Positions 23,199 through 31,816 of a DNA stretch of 37,150 nucleotides are shown here, piece after piece (the first letter of the stretch is position 1; each line of letters starts with the position of its first letter). Location of the stretch: positions 1 to 37,150 of the forward strand of contig CAYYKU010000002.1 of assembly GCA_964440825.1 (NCBI GenBank), read 5' to 3'. The translations under genes were made by a program, and so were the position numbers. The notes under the pieces are model-generated. The model saw nothing but the letters and a program-made list of their open reading frames with translations, did not search any database and was not told where the DNA came from. This stretch comes from Candidatus Woesearchaeota archaeon (GTDB lineage: Archaea; Nanobdellota; Nanobdellia; Pacearchaeales; GW2011-AR1).

Positions 23199-23210
23199 TA
23201 AATGATGCTC

Positions 23211-23852
23211 TTATTCTGTAGCTAAGAATGCCCACCAGGGTTTTTTAGCTTGGATAATTGCACCATTTTCAGCATCTACTTGGGCTTGTACTTTCATTTG
23301 CGCTTTAAATAATCCCAAAATTTTTGATTGTTTTTGAGTTTTTATTTCATAAGCAGCTTTTGTTTGATTTCCAGTTCCAACTTCTTTAAGCTCGATAGTG
23401 CAATTATTCTCTTCGCATTTTGCACCAAGTCTTGCTAATGCAGTTTCAGAAGCAGTGTTTGGCATTATCTTAATCTCAGAATTTAATCCATTAGATAATT
23501 TGACTTGAAGTTTTGTTCTATTTTGAACTTGTTCTTGAGTCATCTCCATAGAAGTTTCTGCCTCTATTCCTCCAGTTCGTAACGATATTTTACCTTCGCC
23601 ACCAGATTGGATTTGCATTTGCTCGCCTTCCTGATTCATATAAGTTCCGACTTGTGCCTGAACTTTATTCTGAAGCTGTGTTTCTTCACCTTTATTTTGG
23701 ACAGCCAATTCAGTATTAACTTGAACCTCTGAACCTTCTCCAGATTCAGAACCTAAAACTGCTTGAGCTCCGGCCTGTGTATTATCGCTTGCTGCAAAAA
23801 CTAATGAAGTTGTTGCTAGTAGTGCTAAAAAAATTAATAGTATTTTACTCAT
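23211..23852 (-). CDS. secreted Q/E-rich protein (hypothetical, PepSY-like C-terminus possible)
   Basis: Signal peptide MSKILLIFLALLATTSLVFA. Strong SD AAGGAGGT 8 nt upstream of the ATG. The C-terminus reads ILGLFKAQMKVQAQVDAENGAIIQAKKPWWAFL. Confidence 0.6.
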   Translation of the reverse strand: MSKILLIFLALLATTSLVFAASDNTQAGAQAVLGSESGEGSEVQVNTELAVQNKGEETQLQNKVQAQVGTYMNQEGEQMQIQSGGEGKISLRTGGIEAETSMEMTQEQVQNRTKLQVKLSNGLNSEIKIMPNTASETALARLGAKCEENNCTIELKEVGTGNQTKAAYEIKTQKQSKILGLFKAQMKVQAQVDAENGAIIQAKKPWWAFLATE

Positions 23853-23975
23853 TATTTATACCTCCTTTCAAAAATTTTCATTTTTATCTAATAAGTCGCA
23901 CCGATCCTAGTATTTATTTGTTTCGATATTTTAATTAATACTACTTTGATGTCTCAATTTAACTAAACCAAAACC

Positions 23976-23983
23976 CTTTTAAT
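23976..23983 (+). promoter_or_regulatory. TATA-like box (TTTTAATC) for aIF5B
   Basis: The box begins 29 nt upstream of ATG-24005. Confidence 0.4.
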
Positions 23984-24004
23984 CTTAGTTTTAATCAGTT
24001 TTTC

Positions 24005-25747
24005 ATGGCAGAAGTAAGACAACCAATTGTTACGGTTTGCGGTCACGTAGATCATGGAAAAACGTCTATTTTAGACAAACTTAGGGGAACTTCTATCCAA
24101 GAAGGCGAAGCTGGCGGAATTACTCAAAAGATTTCTTTTACAATGATGCCGAAAGAAACAATTATTGAAAGAGCTGGAATAGTTATTGAAAAATTTAAAA
24201 TTCCTCTAGAAATCCCAGGATTTTTATTTATTGACACTCCTGGCCATGCAGCATTTACAAATCTAAGAAAACGTGGCGGTTCTTTAGCAGATTTAGCAGT
24301 TTTGGTTATTGATGTTAATGAGGGGATTAAACCTCAAACTTCAGAAGTTCTACAGATTTTAAGATTAAACAAAACACCATTTATCATTGCATTGAATAAA
24401 ATAGACAATATTTCAGGTTGGCATAAGGCCGAGTCTGGTTTGTTTATGGATAGTGAAAACGCCCAAGGTATGGTTGTAAAACAAAATTTTGATGAGAAAA
24501 TCATGACAATTATGGGGACATTAAATCATTATGGAATAAATGCGGATTTATACAATAAAATTTCAGATTTTCAAAAAACAGTTGCAATAGTTCCTTGTTC
24601 AGCAAGAACAGGAGAAGGCATATCTGAAATTTTAGCAATGCTTTCAGCCCTAAGTCAGAAATTCCTGAAAGAAAAAATTGCAGTCAAAGGCGAAGGTAAG
24701 GGAGTTATCTTAGAAGTTAAAAAAGAAAAAGGGGTTACTTATCTAGAGTCTATTCTGTATGACGGTGAATTATTTCAAACAGATGAAATTTTAATTCCGG
24801 GATTTGACAATGTAATTGTAACAAGAATAAGAAATATTCAAGAAGCTTTACCTTTAAACAAAGGTTTCAAAACACAGGAAAAAGTTCATGCAGCAACAGG
24901 AGTTAAACTACAAATAATTGAAAAAGATGAGGTTCTGCCAGGAATGCCATTCAGAGTTCTAAGGGGAAAAACAGAAGAAGAAATTAATGAAATGAAGTTA
25001 GAAATGAAAACTGAATTGTGTGAAGAAATACAAACAGACGATCATGGAATTCTTGTAAAAGCAGAATCTTTGGGAAGTTTAGAAGCTCTTTTAGTTTTAT
25101 TAAAGCAAAAGCAAATACCTGTTGTTAAAGCAGGAATTGGGAACATTTCTAAAAAAGATATTTATATTGCGGGCTCATTACCTGAAGAAAATAGAATTAT
25201 TTTAGGATTTAATTCAGAATTGGCAGAAGAAATCACTTCTGAAGAGTCAAAAGGAATAAAGATTTTATCTAACGCTGTCGTATACAAATTAATTGAAGAT
25301 TTTGAAAAATGGAGAGAGAATAAACAAAAAGAGTTGGAAAGGAAAAAACTAAGAGAACTTCCCCAACTAACAAAAATAGAAGTCTTAGAATTCGTTTTTA
25401 GAAATACCAATCCTGCAATTTTTGGAGTTAAAGTTTGTTCTGGCTTGTTAAGACAAGATGTAGAAATGATAAATAATCAAAACAAAAAAATTGGATGGAT
25501 AAAAGCTATCCAAGCAGATAAAACTTCTGTACAAACAGCAGAAAAAGGAAAAGAAGTTGCAATTTCTATGTCCGGAGTTAATTTTGAAAGAGAACTTACC
25601 GTTGGAGAATTCCTTTATAGTAATCTCTCAGAATTCCAGTTTAGAAAATTCAAAGAATATAAAGAAATCTTAACCCCTGAAGAAAAAACAATTGTTCAAG
25701 AAATTGCTCTAATCAAAAGAAGACTAGAAGAAACTTGGGGAATATAA
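24005..25747 (+). CDS. infB: translation initiation factor aIF5B (archaeal IF-2)
   Basis: RQPIVTVCGHVDHGKTS (G1), IDTPGH (G3), NKID (G4). It is 580 aa with no bacterial-type N-terminal extension and no intein. Confidence 0.95.
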   Translation: MAEVRQPIVTVCGHVDHGKTSILDKLRGTSIQEGEAGGITQKISFTMMPKETIIERAGIVIEKFKIPLEIPGFLFIDTPGHAAFTNLRKRGGSLADLAVLVIDVNEGIKPQTSEVLQILRLNKTPFIIALNKIDNISGWHKAESGLFMDSENAQGMVVKQNFDEKIMTIMGTLNHYGINADLYNKISDFQKTVAIVPCSARTGEGISEILAMLSALSQKFLKEKIAVKGEGKGVILEVKKEKGVTYLESILYDGELFQTDEILIPGFDNVIVTRIRNIQEALPLNKGFKTQEKVHAATGVKLQIIEKDEVLPGMPFRVLRGKTEEEINEMKLEMKTELCEEIQTDDHGILVKAESLGSLEALLVLLKQKQIPVVKAGIGNISKKDIYIAGSLPEENRIILGFNSELAEEITSEESKGIKILSNAVVYKLIEDFEKWRENKQKELERKKLRELPQLTKIEVLEFVFRNTNPAIFGVKVCSGLLRQDVEMINNQNKKIGWIKAIQADKTSVQTAEKGKEVAISMSGVNFERELTVGEFLYSNLSEFQFRKFKEYKEILTPEEKTIVQEIALIKRRLEETWGI

Positions 25748-25779
25748 ATATTTATTAATTACTTAATTCTTAGAACATT

Positions 25780-26121
25780 ATGCAAGTAATTAAGTATAAT
25801 AGCCTTGAAAGTAAAACATTTGATGCAAGAAATATTTCTATCGTATTCAAAAAAGGAGAAAAATTAGAATTAGCATTAGACAAAGAAGTAAGTGGATTTA
25901 AGATAAAGGTATTCATACCAAGCATTAACTCTAATTACTTATTACAACAATACGCACTATCAAAAGAAGAAATGGCGAGAAAAGACTTTGAAAAATACTT
26001 AAAAAAATTAGAATCTGGCAGATATGCTTTATATATAACTGAAGAATTAACCGCCGAATTAGTTCCAAGAAAAAGTTATACTGTAGATATATCTCAAACA
26101 ATTAGAGGAAATAACTATTAA
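25780..26121 (+). CDS. hypothetical protein
   Basis: A 113-aa ORF with a TTTATTAA box beginning 29 nt upstream. No recognisable motif. Confidence 0.5.
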   Translation: MQVIKYNSLESKTFDARNISIVFKKGEKLELALDKEVSGFKIKVFIPSINSNYLLQQYALSKEEMARKDFEKYLKKLESGRYALYITEELTAELVPRKSYTVDISQTIRGNNY

Positions 26122-29100
26122 ATAGCCTTAGCAATAACACCACATATAGCATTCTCGTTTCCATAGAAGTCCTGGCATTTCACAAAATAACTTGAACCTT
26201 TCTTCCAACTAGCACCATGCTCTGTAACTGAACTGTCCAGCATCAAGGTCAAATTAGGGTGAGAAATTGTAAAAGCACATCCAAGCCCCATACTTAAAAC
26301 ATTAGTAAACTTGCATATTGCAGGTTCATTTGTTGTCAATTTGAAATTACCCTTATCATTATAAACTCTTGAAATTAAAGGTGCAGTTCTATCATATCTA
26401 ATCTCCAATGTATTGTCGTAAGTTGCTCTATTTTCTGCTTTATCTGTGCAAATGACTGAAAGAGCATAATCTCCTTCTGTAAGTTGATCTATTGTTTGAG
26501 ATTTGTAAGTACTTTGATATGTTGGGAAATCAGAGTATGCGGTAGAACTATTTTTATAATTTAAACTCCATCTGCAGTCTGTAGCACCATTATACCCACC
26601 ACCAATAGTTTTAACTGACAATGGCCAACTTGCAAAACTCGGACCTAAAGTGACTCTTTTTGTAGGGTTTATTTCGCTAATCTCTAATTTTGCAGAAGCC
26701 TTCAAGATATAATCTTTACTTTGCGGGCTTTTTATTCTATAATAAGTATCCGTTTCCCTGTTATTATACATTTCAATAAAATTATCTACTTCTCCAGGTA
26801 AATATCCATCTCCCTGCATAAAATTTCTAATTTGCTCTTCAGAATATGCTCCAGATAAGATAGTGCTAATCTCCGAATCTGAATAGCCATCATTTTTCAT
26901 ATAATCTACTAATTGCTGCCTTTCAATTAAATAAGGTTGATCTTTACATCTAATATAAAATTTACTACTATTTCCTACTGTTCTTGTAATGTTTGTAAGA
27001 TTAGTTTCACAGTTATATCCGCTAATTTCATCCATAAATACGGGTTTATCGCTGCAAATAAAACGGTTATTCATAGCATCATAATCTATATCAGTCATTG
27101 ACCATCTGCAATCTGCAGGTTCATTTATTGTTGCAATAACTTTCTTTGAAGTTGTATTAAATGCTATTGGAGAATCCGTGGCAGGAGTTAATTTAAGTAC
27201 AACAGGCGGGTTTTTATCAGGAGTTCTAGGGACTGTAAAATTACATAACTTTGCAGACTCGCTATCTCCATTACCTTTTGGATCAACGCATCTAATATAT
27301 ACATCATAATTTCCAGCCCTAGTTATTAGGGGATATTGTAATATTCCTCCAAAGGTTGCACTATTTGAACCTGGAATAGAAAGTAAAACTTTATGATCTG
27401 TTGTCCAAGTAGTTCCTAAATCATAAGACATTAAGTCATAATTAGCTGTTGCACTACCAACACTAAATTTGCAATATGAAACTTCAGATGTGGAAACATT
27501 AATACTAACTGGTTTTTGAATCCCAATAGACGAAGAATCTGGGCAGGCAATTGTAATAGTGGGCGATTCTAAGTCACCTTTACTTTCACAAGTCCCAGAA
27601 GAAGAACTATATTCACAATTTTGGCCAATAGCTTGACAAGAATATTTGGTGCATGCACTTCCTTCAGTATTGCACTTAGCACAATCTGCATTCAAAGGAG
27701 CCTTTCTAGGAGCACAAGTATATTCAAATGAGGAATCTTTATCACCATATACAACCGGAAATTTATCTTTAGGATAGTTTCCTAAATCGTAAGATTCTAC
27801 TCCTGTGGGAGAATCTAAATAACTATTCAAAAGTTCAACTGTTTTTGCCCCAGAATTTTTACCTTCGGCAAAACTAATTCCCCTTTGTTCTATTTGATCC
27901 AAAACTTCGTTTTTTGTTTGATAATCTACACCATTTGAAGAATTTCTACCATATGTACCAACCCAGCTTATTTTTCCAGTGCAATCTGCAATTCTGCTGC
28001 AACGATAATCTAAGAAGGCAATTAAACTAGGGTTTAACAATACAAAATTATTTTCAGGAGAAACAATAAAAGAAACTCCTATTTCTGCATAATCGGATTC
28101 AAAATCCCCTTGAGAACAGAGACTGCTAGCCGATTGGTAGTCACTACTTCCACCCGGGATTTTAGGTAAACATTTTGCAATCTCTAATATATCGAGTGTG
28201 GTTTTATTAAGGCCGCTCATTTGTGGAGAAAACCAAATACATGAATTACTATCACAATCTTGTTCAGTTTCTGCGCTTAAACAATCTCTCCATTCATTAT
28301 CTGTACATTTTCCACCAGTACCTGCTGAAGATCCGCTTAAAGAGTTACTTTGACCGCTACAATATTCTTCTTTCTCATCACTGCACGCTTCTGTAATAAT
28401 TTTCCCACCAATACAATATCTACTAAAAAACTTTAAACCTGCAGCAGTCGTAATTGCATTACCAAATTTATTCAGATCTCTTGCAACTTCATCGTTTGCC
28501 AATGGTACGTTGCCATTTGTAACACACCAAGATTCTCCAGGGTTTCTTACAGAAGAGCTAAATCTTGGAACTGTTAAATATAGCTCATCTACGACAAAAG
28601 AAGAATAATCAAAATTATCTAAACAACTAGCATCTATACATTCTGCATTTGTATTCGCCCCAGCTGAAGCCTGTTCACATACCTTTCCAGAGTTATAATC
28701 ACATATTTGTACTAATTCATCACGATTTCCGCAAGTATCCGCAAAATAAACATCATTAGCAAAGCAGATTTTACTTTCTGTTTTATTACAGGGTGAAGAA
28801 GTTATTGTACTACATAATACATTAGGTAAAAAACTTCCGATACATTGAGTTCTAGTCACAAATCTGCAAGTTTGTTTTCCTAAGCCGTTTACAGTGTTAC
28901 ATGCTCCCCATTCTTGAGATTTTATTAAATTATTGCAATCATTTGTTGTTTTTATAAAACTGAGTGTTAAAAAACCCCGATCCACTGTTTCAGTTTGACA
29001 TTGTCCACGAGTCATTCTTGCAGAATCTAATCCTAACATACAACAACCACTATCACAAACTGTTTGACTAGTACAAGAAAGGTCATTAATGAAAAAAGTT

Positions 29101-29255
29101 CCACCATACTGTTCACAGCTAGTTTTTTCACTATTTTTAGAACACGTTTGTTCATCCGAACTGACACAGCAACCTAAAGAACTTGCAAATCCAATAGTTA
29201 AAATAACTAAAAATACCCCTACATATAAACTAAATTTATTCTTTATACTACTCAT
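26118..29255 (-). CDS. large secreted/surface protein: Cys-rich N-terminal half plus four Ig-like modules
   Basis: Signal/anchor FSLYVGVFLVILTIGFASS. About 40 Cys in the first 560 aa by hand count. The C-terminal half holds four repeats of a module of roughly 85-115 aa. ATGA overlap with the upstream gene. Confidence 0.7.
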   Translation of the reverse strand: MSSIKNKFSLYVGVFLVILTIGFASSLGCCVSSDEQTCSKNSEKTSCEQYGGTFFINDLSCTSQTVCDSGCCMLGLDSARMTRGQCQTETVDRGFLTLSFIKTTNDCNNLIKSQEWGACNTVNGLGKQTCRFVTRTQCIGSFLPNVLCSTITSSPCNKTESKICFANDVYFADTCGNRDELVQICDYNSGKVCEQASAGANTNAECIDASCLDNFDYSSFVVDELYLTVPRFSSSVRNPGESWCVTNGNVPLANDEVARDLNKFGNAITTAAGLKFFSRYCIGGKIITEACSDEKEEYCSGQSNSLSGSSAGTGGKCTDNEWRDCLSAETEQDCDSNSCIWFSPQMSGLNKTTLDILEIAKCLPKIPGGSSDYQSASSLCSQGDFESDYAEIGVSFIVSPENNFVLLNPSLIAFLDYRCSRIADCTGKISWVGTYGRNSSNGVDYQTKNEVLDQIEQRGISFAEGKNSGAKTVELLNSYLDSPTGVESYDLGNYPKDKFPVVYGDKDSSFEYTCAPRKAPLNADCAKCNTEGSACTKYSCQAIGQNCEYSSSSGTCESKGDLESPTITIACPDSSSIGIQKPVSINVSTSEVSYCKFSVGSATANYDLMSYDLGTTWTTDHKVLLSIPGSNSATFGGILQYPLITRAGNYDVYIRCVDPKGNGDSESAKLCNFTVPRTPDKNPPVVLKLTPATDSPIAFNTTSKKVIATINEPADCRWSMTDIDYDAMNNRFICSDKPVFMDEISGYNCETNLTNITRTVGNSSKFYIRCKDQPYLIERQQLVDYMKNDGYSDSEISTILSGAYSEEQIRNFMQGDGYLPGEVDNFIEMYNNRETDTYYRIKSPQSKDYILKASAKLEISEINPTKRVTLGPSFASWPLSVKTIGGGYNGATDCRWSLNYKNSSTAYSDFPTYQSTYKSQTIDQLTEGDYALSVICTDKAENRATYDNTLEIRYDRTAPLISRVYNDKGNFKLTTNEPAICKFTNVLSMGLGCAFTISHPNLTLMLDSSVTEHGASWKKGSSYFVKCQDFYGNENAICGVIAKAI
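26136..27569 (-). repeat. four tandem protein-level repeats (aa ~563-1040) sharing the T-x-E-x-[AS]-x-C-[KR]-[FW] ... Y-x-[IV]-[RK]-C-x-D pattern
   Basis: STSEVSYCKFS...YDVYIRCVDPKGN; TINEPADCRWS...KFYIRCKDQP; GATDCRWS...YALSVICTDKAEN; TTNEPAICKFT...SYFVKCQDFYGN. Confidence 0.65.
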
Positions 29256-30139
29256 TTACAACCCACCTCCATATTAGAGCATTCCGGAAAGCAGTTTACA
29301 ACTGCAAAACTAAAAGTTTCAGAATAATATTCTTCCTTCATCCCAATTATATAAATTTTTTGACCGCTCCTATTTAGATTTGTTCTATAAAACAAAAAAG
29401 AAGGGTAGCTATTTGCAAGTTTTGCCAAGTCTGCATCACAGTTAATAATTCCAGGGATTACTGTTGCAAAGGGATCACTGGATGGTTCTTCCATAACTGG
29501 AGATAAACTATACTGGCAAATACAAGAAGATTCAGTATTAACAATATTGTTAGCCAAAGTAAGAAAATCAAACAAATTAGAATTAATGTTAATATCAAAA
29601 TTTTCAAAATATGTAGATTCTTCGCCATTATTCAAGGTTAAAGGTTTTCTAATTTTAACAGATACAAATCCTTTCTGTAACTTTAAACTAAAATCAAGAA
29701 CGCCTTCAGTGACTTGCAAGTTAGGGAATTTATTCTTATATTGGTTAAAGCAAGAATCTACTTTAGATTTCAAACTAGAAGTCATTAAAGTTTCTATTTC
29801 ATTTATTATAAGTGGGTGTGTATTAATACAAGAAGTTTCTGTTTCGTTTGTAGTGCATAAAAGAGAAAAACTCGTGCCATTTACATTTAAAAATTCATCT
29901 TTATTAGTCCCAGTATAATAAATTCCGCCAGTAGAAAGAATACTCTCGAGCATAGGATTAATAGTCTCTTGAGCACAATTTTCAATAAAAGTATTTGGAT
30001 TTGTATTGGCTCGAGTAGTAATTCCTAGCTCATTTTGGAAAATAAACACTACAATTATGCCTAAAACCAACAAAATTCCTACAATAATAAAAATAGTTAC
30101 CTGGCCATTTTTATCTAGTCTTCTTCCCTCTTTTATCAT
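29252..30139 (-). CDS. membrane-anchored protein with archaeal class III (type IV pilin-like) signal peptide
   Basis: The track start 30151 is a GTG. ATG-30139 is 29 nt from the TTATAAAT box at 30161-30168. The N-terminus MIKEGRRLDKNGQ is followed by the hydrophobic stretch VTIFIIVGILLVLGIIVVFIF. Confidence 0.55.
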   Translation of the reverse strand: MIKEGRRLDKNGQVTIFIIVGILLVLGIIVVFIFQNELGITTRANTNPNTFIENCAQETINPMLESILSTGGIYYTGTNKDEFLNVNGTSFSLLCTTNETETSCINTHPLIINEIETLMTSSLKSKVDSCFNQYKNKFPNLQVTEGVLDFSLKLQKGFVSVKIRKPLTLNNGEESTYFENFDININSNLFDFLTLANNIVNTESSCICQYSLSPVMEEPSSDPFATVIPGIINCDADLAKLANSYPSFLFYRTNLNRSGQKIYIIGMKEEYYSETFSFAVVNCFPECSNMEVGCK

Positions 30140-30160
30140 CGAAAGAAGCACGTTATTTTT

Positions 30161-30168
30161 ATTTATAA
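30161..30168 (-). promoter_or_regulatory. TATA box (TTATAAAT on minus strand) for the pilin-like/giant-protein operon
   Basis: The distal end lies 29 nt from ATG-30139. Confidence 0.45.
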
Positions 30169-30201
30169 ACTTTCTTAAGTAGAATTTTCCTAAGGAAAGG
30201 C

Positions 30202-30209
30202 CTTATAAA
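30202..30209 (+). promoter_or_regulatory. TATA box (CTTATAAA) for cca
   Basis: The box begins 29 nt upstream of ATG-30231. Confidence 0.45.
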
Positions 30210-30230
30210 TCCTAGTTTATTAATGATTTA

Positions 30231-31457
30231 ATGAAAGTAGAAAAAATTCTATCTAGTATTTTACAAGAGATTTCTCTAACAGATAAAGAAATTAAACAAA
30301 TAGAGAAAGAAACCAAAGAGCTTGTAAAGATACTTAAGAAAAATAAACTGAACGCAAATATTGGTGGCAGCCTTGCTAAAGGAACAATATTAAAAAAAGA
30401 TAATCAAGATGTAGATATTTTTGTAGTCTTGAAACCTAAAGAACTCTCTAAATTTGAAAAACTTGTGGCTAAGACAAAAATAAAGTACGATTTGATTCAT
30501 GGATCTAGAGATTATATTCAAATAAAAAAAGAAAACCTAACATTTGAGTTAATACCTGTTTTGAAACTTGATAAAAAAGCAAGAGTAGACAATGTAACTG
30601 ACTTCTCTTTAATTCATGTCAAGTATATTAAAAGCAAGATAGGCAAAAACAAAAGATTAGCAGATGAAATAAAACTAGCAAAAGCTTTTTGCCATGCAAA
30701 TAAGGTTTATGGGGCTGAAAGTTATATTGGTGGTTTTTCAGGCTATGCTTTAGAAGTTTTAGTTTGCTATTATGGGGGTTTCCTTAAATTCCTTAAAAAA
30801 ATACGGTCTGAGAAGATAATTGATCCAGAAAAACAATTCAAAAATCAAGGCGAAATAATGAGGGAGCTAAATCAGAGCAAATTGCAGTCTCCACTAATCT
30901 TAATTGATCCGACATACAAATATCGAAACGTTTGCGCAGGATTAATACAAGAAACATACTCCCTATTCTTGCAAAAAGCATCAGAATTTCTAAAAAACCC
31001 ATCAGAAGATTTTTTCCATAAGAAAGAATTTAGTCTACATAATCTGATACGATCAGCAAAAAATGAAAATCTAACAGTTTATGAGTTAAATATGGATACA
31101 AACAGGCAAGAAGGAGATATTGCTGGAACAAAGATGAAAAAGTTATTCAAATTTTTAATCAGAGAGTTAGAAAGAAAAGAGCAGAAAGTAATTTACTCAG
31201 AGTTTATTTATAATAATAAAGGTAAAGAATCAAAGGGATTTTTGGCAATAAAGAGAAAAGAAATAATTGAAATAGAGGGGCCTCTACTTGGAATGGGAGA
31301 TGCTATAAAAGAATTCAAAAAAGTTAGAAAAAACACCTATATTTCTAGTGGATATGTTTATGCAAGAGAAAAAGTTTCAATAGAAAATATATTTGTGGGA
31401 TGTATGTCTGCAGCAGAAAGCATGGGTACTGGATTTGAATTTAGTAAAGTAATTTAA
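30231..31457 (+). CDS. cca: CCA-adding enzyme (tRNA nucleotidyltransferase), archaeal class I
   Basis: GGSLAKGTILKKDNQDVDIFV nucleotidyltransferase motif, and VYGAESYIGGFSGYALEVLV, which is characteristic of archaeal CCA enzymes. Confidence 0.85.
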   Translation: MKVEKILSSILQEISLTDKEIKQIEKETKELVKILKKNKLNANIGGSLAKGTILKKDNQDVDIFVVLKPKELSKFEKLVAKTKIKYDLIHGSRDYIQIKKENLTFELIPVLKLDKKARVDNVTDFSLIHVKYIKSKIGKNKRLADEIKLAKAFCHANKVYGAESYIGGFSGYALEVLVCYYGGFLKFLKKIRSEKIIDPEKQFKNQGEIMRELNQSKLQSPLILIDPTYKYRNVCAGLIQETYSLFLQKASEFLKNPSEDFFHKKEFSLHNLIRSAKNENLTVYELNMDTNRQEGDIAGTKMKKLFKFLIRELERKEQKVIYSEFIYNNKGKESKGFLAIKRKEIIEIEGPLLGMGDAIKEFKKVRKNTYISSGYVYAREKVSIENIFVGCMSAAESMGTGFEFSKVI

Positions 31458-31813
31458 AATTTAACCTGAACATCTTCCTTTCTTACAATTACATTCTTAG
31501 GTCTAAATTGATCTTTCAAACCATCTAAAAGTATTTTTTCATCTTTTTCTCCACAACTGTATAAATGAAAATAAATAGTTTTATGCTCTGGATAAGTGTG
31601 TACTGCAAAATGGGACTCTGAAAGTAAAACAACGAAAGTGTATCCTTGTGGGCTGAATTTATGCTCCATAACATGCAATACATTAAATTTTGCACTCTTC
31701 AATAAATTCAAAGAAGTATTTCTAATTAATGTATGGTCATTTATTTTAGGCAAATCAACACCATTAAAAATGACGGTCAATTCATACCCTTTTTCATTAG
31801 CCTTAAATTCCAT
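31454..31813 (-). CDS. speH: S-adenosylmethionine decarboxylase proenzyme, small pyruvoyl type
   Basis: HKFSPQGYTFVVLLSESHFAVHTYPE contains the self-cleavage ES site and the HT-x-PE motif. 119 aa. Confidence 0.85.
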   Translation of the reverse strand: MEFKANEKGYELTVIFNGVDLPKINDHTLIRNTSLNLLKSAKFNVLHVMEHKFSPQGYTFVVLLSESHFAVHTYPEHKTIYFHLYSCGEKDEKILLDGLKDQFRPKNVIVRKEDVQVKF

Positions 31814-31816
31814 CTT

